In this document: positions 9,636-16,893 of the stretch, piece by piece | Position numbering within the stretch: the stretch's first letter is position 1 | Layout of the letters: each line of letters begins with the position of its first letter | Made by a program: the position numbers and the translations under genes | Notes under the pieces: model-generated | Seen by the model: the letters and a program-made list of their open reading frames with translations, nothing else | Told to the model about the DNA's origin: nothing | Databases searched by the model: none | Origin: Bacteroidales bacterium | GTDB lineage: Bacteria > Bacteroidota > Bacteroidia > Bacteroidales > UBA12077 | Reading direction: 5' to 3' | DNA: 64,000 bases | Assembly (NCBI GenBank): GCA_021108325.1 | Contig: JAIORB010000133.1 | Coordinates: forward strand, 1,937-65,936

Positions 9636-11792
9636 ATGAGTAAAAGAGTAAAAACCCCGGTTGTTTTGCAAATGGAAGCTGTTGAATGTGGAGCGGCCAG
9701 CCTGAGTATTGTATTATCATATTTTAAAAGATTTGTTCCCTTAGAAAAACTGCGACAAGATTGTGATGTTAACAGAGATGGAAGTAGTGCAAAGAATATA
9801 TTAAAAGCTGCTGCATTGCATGGAATGGAAGGAAAGGGATATAAGTTTGAAGTTGAAGATTTTGAAGATCAGGATTTCCCTGTAATAATTCACTGGAAGT
9901 TTAATCATTTTCTGGTTTTAGAAGGAATTAAAAATGACAAAGTTTACCTAAATGATCCGGCTGTCGGGCATCAGGTTATTACTTTGGAAGAATTCGGTGC
10001 GTCTTTTACCGGGATAATATTAGAAATAGTTCCGTCAGACAACTTTACAAAACTTGGCAAAAAAAGTAATTTATTAGCAGGATTAAAGTCAAGATTAAAA
10101 CATTACGAAAAGGATATAGCATTTATAATATTCTTAGGTTTGCTTTTGGTTGTTCCCGGAATAGTAATTCCTGTTTTCACACGTATTTTTGTTGATAATA
10201 TTTTAATTGGAAATTTAAGAGAATGGCTTTGGCCATTGGTGGCTGGCATGGCAATTACTGCAGTTTTCAGGGCTGTTGTAAATTACTTAAAATTGCATTA
10301 TTTATTGCGGACTAAGAGTAAACTTGATATGGTGACCTCTGCTAAATACTTTTGGCATGTTTTAAGATTACCAATTAGTTTTTTTAATCAAAGGTACAGA
10401 GGTGAAATAGGTAGCAGGATACTATTAAATTCTAAAGTAGCGGACCTAATAACAGGGAAATTAGCAAATAACTTTTTAGATATTATTCTTATAGCATTTT
10501 ATTTTATTATAATGCTACAATATGATGTTGTACTTACAATACTCGGTACATGTCTTTCTTTAATAAATATAATAGCCCTGAGAATAATATCTAAAAAAAG
10601 AGCAGAAGGATATTTGAATTATACTTCTGAATCAGGAAAACTCATGGGAGTAACTTTAGGAGGAATTCAAACCATTGAAACATTAAAAGCAATGGGGCGG
10701 GAAAATGATTTTTTCATTAAATGGTCGGGCTATTTTACCAAAGTTGTTAATGCCGGCCAAAAGTTAGGAATATTAACATTGTTGCTTAATTCAGTACCTG
10801 TATTATTGAAATCAATAATCACAATAGTTATATTGATAATTGGATCTTTAAAAGTAATTAATGGAGTAATTACAATGGGAATGTTGGTTGCATTTCAAAG
10901 CTTATTTGAAAGTTTTTCACAACCGATTGAGAATTTAGTAAGATTAGGAAGTGACTTACAAGAAGCGGAAGGAGATATGACCAGGCTTGATGATGTTTTA
11001 AAATCTGAAATAGATATACAGGTGTCAAGAGAGTTAAGGCTGAATAAAGATAATTATTCCGAAATTACAAAAAAATTAGATGGTTATATTGAGTTTAGAA
11101 ATGTTACGTTTGGATATTCAAATTTCTCGAAACCTTTAATAGAAAATTTAAGCTTTAAAATAGCTCCGGGAGAAAAAGCAGCCTTAGTTGGTGGTTCAGG
11201 TAGCGGAAAATCTACAATCGCTAAGTTACTAGCTGGGTTTTATGAACCCTGGAGTGGAGAAATCTTATTTGATGATAAGCCCCGGGCAGAATGGCCCCGA
11301 CAGGTTATCAATAACACGCTTTCAATGGTTGCACAAGAAGTTTTCTTATTTCAGGGAACATTTACAGAAATATTAACTATTTGGGATACAACAGTTCCTG
11401 ATCAAATGGTTATTCAGGCTGCTAAAGATGCCTGTGTACATGAGTTTATATCCGGTAAATCAAAGGCTTATGATTATGAAATAGCAGAAGGTGGAAAAAA
11501 TCTGAGTGGTGGTCAAAGGCAACGGTTAGAAATAGCCAGGGCTCTGGTTAGTAATCCATCATCGATAATTCTGGATGAAGCAACAAGTGCTCTGGATTCA
11601 TTAACTGAACAAATCGTTTTAGATAATATAGGAAAAAGAAAATGTTCTGTTTTAGTGGTTGCACATAGACTAAGTACAATTCGGGACTGTGACGAGATTA
11701 TCGTATTACAGCAAGGACAAATTATTGAGCGTGGTGTACACAAAGATTTATTGAAGAAAAAAGGAGAGTATGCAAAATTAATTGAAAACTGA
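9636..11792 (+). CDS. NHLM bacteriocin export ABC transporter with C39 peptidase domain (PCAT)
   Basis: TPVVLQMEAVECGAASL (catalytic Cys), HWKFNHFLV (His), LNDPA (Asp); ABC membrane domain; GGSGSGKST, LSGGQRQR, ILDEATSALD. Confidence 0.93.
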   Translation: MSKRVKTPVVLQMEAVECGAASLSIVLSYFKRFVPLEKLRQDCDVNRDGSSAKNILKAAALHGMEGKGYKFEVEDFEDQDFPVIIHWKFNHFLVLEGIKNDKVYLNDPAVGHQVITLEEFGASFTGIILEIVPSDNFTKLGKKSNLLAGLKSRLKHYEKDIAFIIFLGLLLVVPGIVIPVFTRIFVDNILIGNLREWLWPLVAGMAITAVFRAVVNYLKLHYLLRTKSKLDMVTSAKYFWHVLRLPISFFNQRYRGEIGSRILLNSKVADLITGKLANNFLDIILIAFYFIIMLQYDVVLTILGTCLSLINIIALRIISKKRAEGYLNYTSESGKLMGVTLGGIQTIETLKAMGRENDFFIKWSGYFTKVVNAGQKLGILTLLLNSVPVLLKSIITIVILIIGSLKVINGVITMGMLVAFQSLFESFSQPIENLVRLGSDLQEAEGDMTRLDDVLKSEIDIQVSRELRLNKDNYSEITKKLDGYIEFRNVTFGYSNFSKPLIENLSFKIAPGEKAALVGGSGSGKSTIAKLLAGFYEPWSGEILFDDKPRAEWPRQVINNTLSMVAQEVFLFQGTFTEILTIWDTTVPDQMVIQAAKDACVHEFISGKSKAYDYEIAEGGKNLSGGQRQRLEIARALVSNPSSIILDEATSALDSLTEQIVLDNIGKRKCSVLVVAHRLSTIRDCDEIIVLQQGQIIERGVHKDLLKKKGEYAKLIEN

Positions 11793-11823
11793 CACAGAAA
11801 ATTGAAATATAAAACCAGATTTA

Positions 11824-14736
11824 ATGAATACTGAAATAGTTAAATTCATAAAAGAAAATGGGAAACAAATTAAATTGGCAGATAATACACCTGTTGAATT
11901 TTCCGATCCCAATAAAATCTGGTATATACATAAAGGAAAAATAAATCTAAGTGGAGCTAAATCTGTAAATAATAAAATAACCGGAAAAGTTTATTATTTA
12001 TCAAAATTTCAAGAAGGAGAAATATTAATTGGATGCCAACAACAAGGTAAAAGTAATTTTTGTTTTATTGTTAGTCCTGAAGAAGATACTGTTATTTATG
12101 AATTTTCAGTAAGTTATACAAAACGAAAAATTAAGAAGAACAATGTTTTAATTAATAGATTAGTAGAGTTAATCGATAATTGGGTGATAAAATTATTTGA
12201 AATAACTAATAATTTTAGTACGAATGAAAAAAACAATATTGACTATTATTTAGATGAGAATATAATAAATGTAGAAAAACCCGAATCGTTTCTTTCAACA
12301 CGAAAAAGATTGATTTGGTTCAATTCAAATGAAAGTGAGAATTTTTTATTTTGTGGCCATTTGACCATAGAAAATACAGGGCCGGTTTTCTTTCCTGTTT
12401 CAAAAGAAGCTTATATAAAATTAAAAGAGCCGGTAAATTTAAAATCATATAAGACTCTCGATATATTCGATAAAAGTGAATTTTGGAACGGCCTGAATTT
12501 GTATATTGAGTTAATTCTTGAAAAGATACAGTATGAAATAAAACAACAAAAAAGGGTAACTGATGAATGGCTCGAAAGAAAATATAAAGCAAGAAACAAG
12601 GAGTTTTTTCATACAGTTGGCTTAGCAAAAACTGTTTTAGAAGATTCACACGAAGAACAAATAATTTCCAAGTTTAAGAAAAGTCCTGATAATTTATTTA
12701 ATGTTTGTTCTTTAGTTGCGGAGAACTTAGATATTAAATTGGTATTTCCTCCAAATTTAGAGAGCTGTTCGGACCCAATTGATGAAATTAGCAGATACTC
12801 GGGTATAAGATACAGGGAAATAATATTAGATGGGAAATGGTATAAAAATATTGGGAATAATGCATTAATAGCATTTATTGAAGAATCAAATAATCCGATT
12901 GCCATAATTCCAAAAAGGAATGAAATAATAGCATATGACCTTAAAGAAGGTACATCATTTGAAATAAATAAAAATTCACATGAAAAAATTGAGAAAATAT
13001 CTTATACGCTATACAAGCCTTTGCCAAATAAAAAATTGAAATTAAAAGATTTAATTAAATATTCAATTATAAAGAATAAAAGAGATATTTTCAGGTTAAT
13101 AAATTCAGGTCTTTTAACTACAATATTGGCGCTTCTTGTACCAATTATGACAGCAATATTATTTGATTCTATTATTCCAAATGCACAGAGTAGTCAATTA
13201 ATATATATAGCTTTTGCATTACTAATGGCAGCTGTTGGAGGCATATTTTTTGAAATTGTAAAAAGTATATCGGTATTAAGATTAAGAGGAATTATCGATA
13301 GCAATTTGCAAGCAGCTCTTTGGGATCGATTGCTTGAAATGCCTTCAGAGTTTTTTAGAAAATTCACTTCTGGTGACCTGGCAGATAGATCTTTAAGTAT
13401 TACTTATATTATTAATATTTTATCCGGTGTTATAATTACTTCTATAATAGGTGGTATTTTTTCAGTTTTTAATTTCTTCCTGTTATACTATTTTAGTCCC
13501 AAGTTAGCGTTAATTACTTCAGGATTAGTTATTGTGTACATTATAACAATGTATTTTCTTGGCAAGAAACAAATTATATATGAGAAAAAGATTCAATATC
13601 ACGAAGGAAAGAATTTTGGCATTATCTTACAATTGCTTACCGGTATAACTACATTAAAGATTTCAGGAACAGAAATAAAAGCTTTTATTCATTGGTTTAA
13701 AAACTATATTATATCAAAAGAATATTCAATTGCAGCCGAAAAAAATAAAAACATTCAGCGAATAATAAGTTCGTCATTTTATATAATCTCATTAACTATT
13801 ATTTATTTTTCTTTAATTAAACTTACAACAGGAATTACAACAGGTCAATTTCTGGCCTTTAATGCTGCATTGGGAGCTTTTATTCTATCAATGATAGGCC
13901 TTAGTGAAAGTATAGTTTACGCATTAGAAATAATTCCTTATTATGATCGAATGAAACCTGTATTTGATGAGTTACCTGAAAGTTTTGGTGTTAAAACAGC
14001 TCCTGAAGAATTAAAGGGAAACATTGAGTTACATAACATTATATTTCGATATAATGAAAACGCACCTTTAGTTTTAAATAATATTTCCTTTAAAATTAGA
14101 AAGGGAGAATATATTGCTCTTGTGGGGCCTTCCGGATCCGGGAAATCGACCATAATCAGATTATTGCTTGGTTTTAATAATTTGGATTCAGGAACTATAA
14201 TTTATGATGATCAAGAATTAAAAAATATTGATTTAAGGCTTTTAAGAAGACAATTAGGTGTTGTATTGCAGGATGGAAGTTTATTTGGTGGTGATATTTT
14301 TACTAATATTATTGGTTCATCACCTCATTTAACATTGAATGATGCATGGGATGCTGCCGAAGAAGCAGCTTTGGATAAAGATATTGAAAGCATGCCAATG
14401 GGAATGTTTACAATAGTAAGTGAAGATGGAGGTACACTTTCAGGGGGACAAAGGCAAAGATTAATGATAGCCAGGGCATTAGTTCATAAGCCTAAAATAT
14501 TAATTTTTGATGAAGCTACTTCTGCACTTGATAACAGGACACAGGCAATTGTGACCGAAAGTCTGGACAAACTTCAGGTGACAAGAATTGTTGTTGCTCA
14601 TAGATTAAGTACAATAAAAAATGCCGATAGAATAATATACCTTGAAGAAGGTAAAATATTGGAAGAAGGAAATTACAATGACTTAATGCTGCTTAAAGGA
14701 CGTTTCTATGGGCTTGCACAGAGACAACTTGAATAA
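11824..14736 (+). CDS. NHLM bacteriocin system ABC transporter (peptidase-less partner with long N-terminal extension)
   Basis: N-terminal cNMP-binding-like region, degenerate peptidase-like region (IRYREIILDGKWYK), membrane domain, GPSGSGKST, LSGGQRQRL, FDEATSALDNRTQ. Confidence 0.9.
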   Translation: MNTEIVKFIKENGKQIKLADNTPVEFSDPNKIWYIHKGKINLSGAKSVNNKITGKVYYLSKFQEGEILIGCQQQGKSNFCFIVSPEEDTVIYEFSVSYTKRKIKKNNVLINRLVELIDNWVIKLFEITNNFSTNEKNNIDYYLDENIINVEKPESFLSTRKRLIWFNSNESENFLFCGHLTIENTGPVFFPVSKEAYIKLKEPVNLKSYKTLDIFDKSEFWNGLNLYIELILEKIQYEIKQQKRVTDEWLERKYKARNKEFFHTVGLAKTVLEDSHEEQIISKFKKSPDNLFNVCSLVAENLDIKLVFPPNLESCSDPIDEISRYSGIRYREIILDGKWYKNIGNNALIAFIEESNNPIAIIPKRNEIIAYDLKEGTSFEINKNSHEKIEKISYTLYKPLPNKKLKLKDLIKYSIIKNKRDIFRLINSGLLTTILALLVPIMTAILFDSIIPNAQSSQLIYIAFALLMAAVGGIFFEIVKSISVLRLRGIIDSNLQAALWDRLLEMPSEFFRKFTSGDLADRSLSITYIINILSGVIITSIIGGIFSVFNFFLLYYFSPKLALITSGLVIVYIITMYFLGKKQIIYEKKIQYHEGKNFGIILQLLTGITTLKISGTEIKAFIHWFKNYIISKEYSIAAEKNKNIQRIISSSFYIISLTIIYFSLIKLTTGITTGQFLAFNAALGAFILSMIGLSESIVYALEIIPYYDRMKPVFDELPESFGVKTAPEELKGNIELHNIIFRYNENAPLVLNNISFKIRKGEYIALVGPSGSGKSTIIRLLLGFNNLDSGTIIYDDQELKNIDLRLLRRQLGVVLQDGSLFGGDIFTNIIGSSPHLTLNDAWDAAEEAALDKDIESMPMGMFTIVSEDGGTLSGGQRQRLMIARALVHKPKILIFDEATSALDNRTQAIVTESLDKLQVTRIVVAHRLSTIKNADRIIYLEEGKILEEGNYNDLMLLKGRFYGLAQRQLE

Positions 14737-14826
14737 TTACTTAATATTTGTTAAAAATGAATATTGTGTTTGTTTAATAAAATTATTTTGTTAATTTTAA
14801 TTATTATTAATCTAAAAAAATAAGTT

Positions 14827-14955
14827 ATGAAAACAAAAAAAACAAAAAAAGATCCTAAAAAGAAAAAAAAAGAAGTTAATGTAAAAGACCTGGAAAATGT
14901 AACTGGTGGTGGTAGTGTAGGTGGATTTGCAGTTAGCGGTAGAAGTCCAAGTTAG
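14827..14955 (+). CDS. Double-glycine leader precursor peptide A (42 aa): MKTKKTKKDPKKKKKEVNVKDLENVTGG|GSVGGFAVSGRSPS
   Basis: Manual translation, ATG 14827 to TAG 14953-14955. The leader ends in the C39 recognition motif DLENVTGG. Lies 90 bp after the exporter cluster; a paralog starts 437 bp downstream. Confidence 0.88.
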   Translation: MKTKKTKKDPKKKKKEVNVKDLENVTGGGSVGGFAVSGRSPS

Positions 14956-14981
14956 TTATTAGTTATAATTTAATAAGATTT

Positions 14982-15015
14982 AAAAGCCAGGTATTGTTTA
15001 CAACCTGGGTTTTTT
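14982..15015 (+). terminator. Rho-independent terminator after precursor A
   Basis: aaaagccaggt-loop-acctgggttttttt hairpin with U-tract. Confidence 0.7.
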
Positions 15016-15016
15016 A

Positions 15017-15082
15017 TATCAATTCTTCTTCAAAATACTATCCCGATTTAATCGGGATAGTATTTTGAAGTTTAGAATGGTT
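15017..15082. mobile_element. MITE-family copy (partial) containing a perfect 43-bp palindrome
   Basis: cttcaaaatactatcccgatt-t-aatcgggatagtattttgaag (15028-15070); homologous to 15448-15512 and 59648-59757. Confidence 0.6.
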
Positions 15083-15095
15083 ATATTTATTTAAT

Positions 15096-15132
15096 CCAGA
15101 ACTCCCTGCGGTCTTGCCGCATGGATGAATGG
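15096..15132. repeat. REP-like hairpin
   Basis: ccagaactccctgcggtcttgccgcatggatgaatgg, a GC-rich imperfect stem-loop in an AT-rich spacer. Confidence 0.4.
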
Positions 15133-15263
15133 TAAATTATAAATCAGAAAATTCGGTTTTGACCTTTAATATTAAAATTTGTTAAAAATGAATATTGTTC
15201 TTGTTTTATAATTTTTTTTAATTATTTTTATATTAATGGTTTAATAATCTAAAAAATGAAGTT

Positions 15264-15392
15264 ATGAAAACAAAAAAAACAAAAAAAGATCCTAAAAAAA
15301 ACAAAAAGGAAATTAATCCAAAAGATTTAGAAAATGTAACTGGTGGTGGAAAAGTTGGTGGTTTTGCAGTTAGTGGAAGAACTTCTACCTAG
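15264..15392 (+). CDS. Double-glycine leader precursor peptide B (42 aa): MKTKKTKKDPKKNKKEINPKDLENVTGG|GKVGGFAVSGRTST
   Basis: Manual translation, ATG 15264 to TAG 15390-15392. Several synonymous differences from copy A (gac/gat, ctg/tta, gta/gtt, agc/agt) with frame and length kept, consistent with coding constraint. Confidence 0.88.
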   Translation: MKTKKTKKDPKKNKKEINPKDLENVTGGGKVGGFAVSGRTST

Positions 15393-15417
15393 TAGTTAGT
15401 TATATTTAATAAGTTAT

Positions 15418-15446
15418 AAAGCCAGGTTGTAAAACCTGGTTTTTTT
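15418..15446 (+). terminator. Rho-independent terminator after precursor B
   Basis: aaagccaggtt-gtaa-aacctggttttttt. Confidence 0.75.
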
Positions 15447-15447
15447 A

Positions 15448-15512
15448 TACCAATTCTTCTTCAAAATGTCGTTCCGATTTAATCGGGATAGTATTTTGAA
15501 TAATAAACGGTA
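15448..15512. mobile_element. MITE with TACC...GGTA termini flanked by TTA
   Basis: Left end taccaattcttcttcaaa, right end tttgaataataaacggta; the same ends occur at 59648-59757. Confidence 0.65.
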
Positions 15513-16205
15513 TTATTCACCCTTAGAAGATTTAATTTTGCTTCTGTATTTCATAACTTCCGACTCCTTAAACAAAATTTTAAGTTGCAGGTAAAATACA
15601 TATCGTGAAATAATCGTCGATATGAATAAAATAATTAATAAAAAGAATATATCATTAATGATTTCGCCTATTGTAAAATTATAAAGTAATGAAATAATTA
15701 TTGCGAATATTAAAGTAAATAACAACTGACTTAAATAGACCCTTAGAGGGAAAAGGTATAAAAAACTTGTTGTTAATATAGTAATAACGGCAATATTGTA
15801 GTTTCCGTCACCATATTTTATAAAAATTACCGACTTAAAAACAGACCATAAAAGAATAAAAATCGATATAATTCCATGGACATATTTATGGTGACCTTGA
15901 ATATTCCTGTGAGTTTTTACCTGGTTAAAATATACATATATTGTAAAAACGAATGAAAATACTAAAAAAACGATATCAGCTTTAAGATGAATAAGAAACA
16001 CCTTGTAGTCTGCAAGTTTTTGTATTATAGATATATCATAAAATGTAAATGCAGAAGAGCATATAATTAAAAAAACGGTTAAATATTTTGATCTTATATT
16101 ATTTAGAAAGCATAGTCTTTTACTAAAGTCTTCGCTAAGGTTTTGTGGGTTAATAAATAATTTTTGAAAGCTTGTCATTAATAAAGTATTGATACGTTCT
16201 ATCAA
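15513..16205 (-). CDS. Hypothetical multi-pass membrane protein (5-6 TM)
   Basis: 230-aa ORF with several hydrophobic helices; convergent with the precursor genes; start uncertain. Confidence 0.65.
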   Translation of the reverse strand: MIERINTLLMTSFQKLFINPQNLSEDFSKRLCFLNNIRSKYLTVFLIICSSAFTFYDISIIQKLADYKVFLIHLKADIVFLVFSFVFTIYVYFNQVKTHRNIQGHHKYVHGIISIFILLWSVFKSVIFIKYGDGNYNIAVITILTTSFLYLFPLRVYLSQLLFTLIFAIIISLLYNFTIGEIINDIFFLLIILFISTIISRYVFYLQLKILFKESEVMKYRSKIKSSKGE

Positions 16206-16249
16206 ATTTAGTAAAAAAATACTACTTTATTAAAATTCCCTTAAATAAT

Positions 16250-16272
16250 AAAACCGCTCTTAGAGCGGTTTT
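16250..16272 (-). terminator. Terminator downstream of tRNA-Arg
   Basis: aaaaccgctct-t-agagcggtttt perfect hairpin with A/T tails on both sides. Confidence 0.75.
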
Positions 16273-16273
16273 G

Positions 16274-16346
16274 TGAACCTGGAGGGATTCGAACCCCCAA
16301 CCTCCTGATCCGTAATCAGGTGCACTATCCATTATGCTACAGGTCC
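16274..16346 (-). tRNA. tRNA-Arg(ACG)
   Basis: Minus strand GGACCTG TAGCATAATGGATAGTGC A CCTGA TTACGGA TCAGG AGGTT GGGGG TTCGAAT CCCTC CAGGTTC A folds as a cloverleaf with anticodon ACG; CCA is not encoded. Confidence 0.93.
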
Positions 16347-16579
16347 AATTTATTTTTTAAAAATTCTCTTCCGATTCCGGATTTAAAATATTTTTCTCTT
16401 TTTCTTGCTTCTTCTCTGCTAGTAACTTTTTCATAATATGCTATTTCCCATGGCTTGTAAGGAGCTGTTGATTTATTCTTACCATAATTATGTTCACTTA
16501 ACCTCCTTTCCAAATCCGTTGTAAATCCCTTGTATAACCTTCCGTCTTTAACACTTTTTATAACATAAACAAAGAACAT
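16337..16579 (-). CDS. Small stand-alone GIY-YIG nuclease (YhbQ/UPF0213-like)
   Basis: FFVYVIKS...LYKGFTTDLERRLSEHN.G..KST..YKPW...YYE...REEARKREKYFKSG.GR. The last codons and stop overlap the tRNA 5' end. Confidence 0.9.
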   Translation of the reverse strand: MFFVYVIKSVKDGRLYKGFTTDLERRLSEHNYGKNKSTAPYKPWEIAYYEKVTSREEARKREKYFKSGIGREFLKNKLDL

Positions 16580-16592
16580 ATTATTGTTTTTA

Positions 16593-16649
16593 CTGTAGTT
16601 AGGTGCACCCTGCCTGCCGGCAGGCAGGTATCCATTATGCTACAGGTCC
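16593..16649 (-). pseudogene. Disrupted 5' half of tRNA-Arg (duplicate) interrupted by a 20-bp palindrome
   Basis: GGACCTGTAGCATAATGGATA[CCTGCCTGCCGGCAGGCAGG]GTGCACCTaactacag is identical to the tRNA 5' end apart from the insert and diverges in the anticodon arm. Confidence 0.85.
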
Positions 16650-16659
16650 AATTGCGGTG

Positions 16660-16667
16660 CAAATATA
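16660..16667 (-). promoter_or_regulatory. Bacteroidota -7 promoter box (TATATTTG) upstream of the tRNA fragment/GIY-YIG/tRNA unit
   Basis: Minus strand tatatttgcaccgcaatt immediately precedes the tRNA 5' copy; matches the TAnnTTTG consensus. Confidence 0.65.
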
Positions 16668-16727
16668 TATAAAAAACCTCAAATTATAGCTTTTTGTATA
16701 AAGCTTTCAATTTAAATATTAATGACC

Positions 16728-16760
16728 AGCCCTGCTAGGGTTTTAAACCCTGGCAGGGCT
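16728..16760. repeat. REP-like palindrome with GTTTTAAAC centre
   Basis: agccctgctagg-gttttaaac-cctggcagggct; related arms at 26734-26815 and the same architecture at 28158-28192. Confidence 0.55.
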
Positions 16761-16893
16761 TTGGCGAATAATATCAAAATATCAGATTTATGTAAAAAAT
16801 TTTAATTTTAATTACGCGATTTATAATTTTAATCTCATCTATTATTTAGTAAATTTGAATAATATTTTAATTTCTAATATAAAAATCCATATC

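Larger units (their letters stand above)
14746..15500 (+). repeat. Tandem duplication of a ~325-bp upstream region-precursor-terminator unit (14746-15069 and 15177-15500)
   Basis: Both units start atttgttaaaaatgaatattg and share aatctaaaaaa..aagttATG, the peptide ORF, a gccagg..cctgg terminator and the following caattcttcttcaaaat element. Confidence 0.9.

Noticed and set aside
14827-15392. Lanthipeptide, thiopeptide or lasso assignment for the precursors
   Set aside because: The cores have no Cys and no Asp/Glu for a macrolactam, and no LanM/LanB/YcaO/lasso cyclase is in the window; the class is left open.
16337-16649. Group I intron with homing endonuclease in tRNA-Arg
   Set aside because: The downstream tRNA is complete rather than a 3' exon, the 5' part is duplicated, and there is no room for a ribozyme core.
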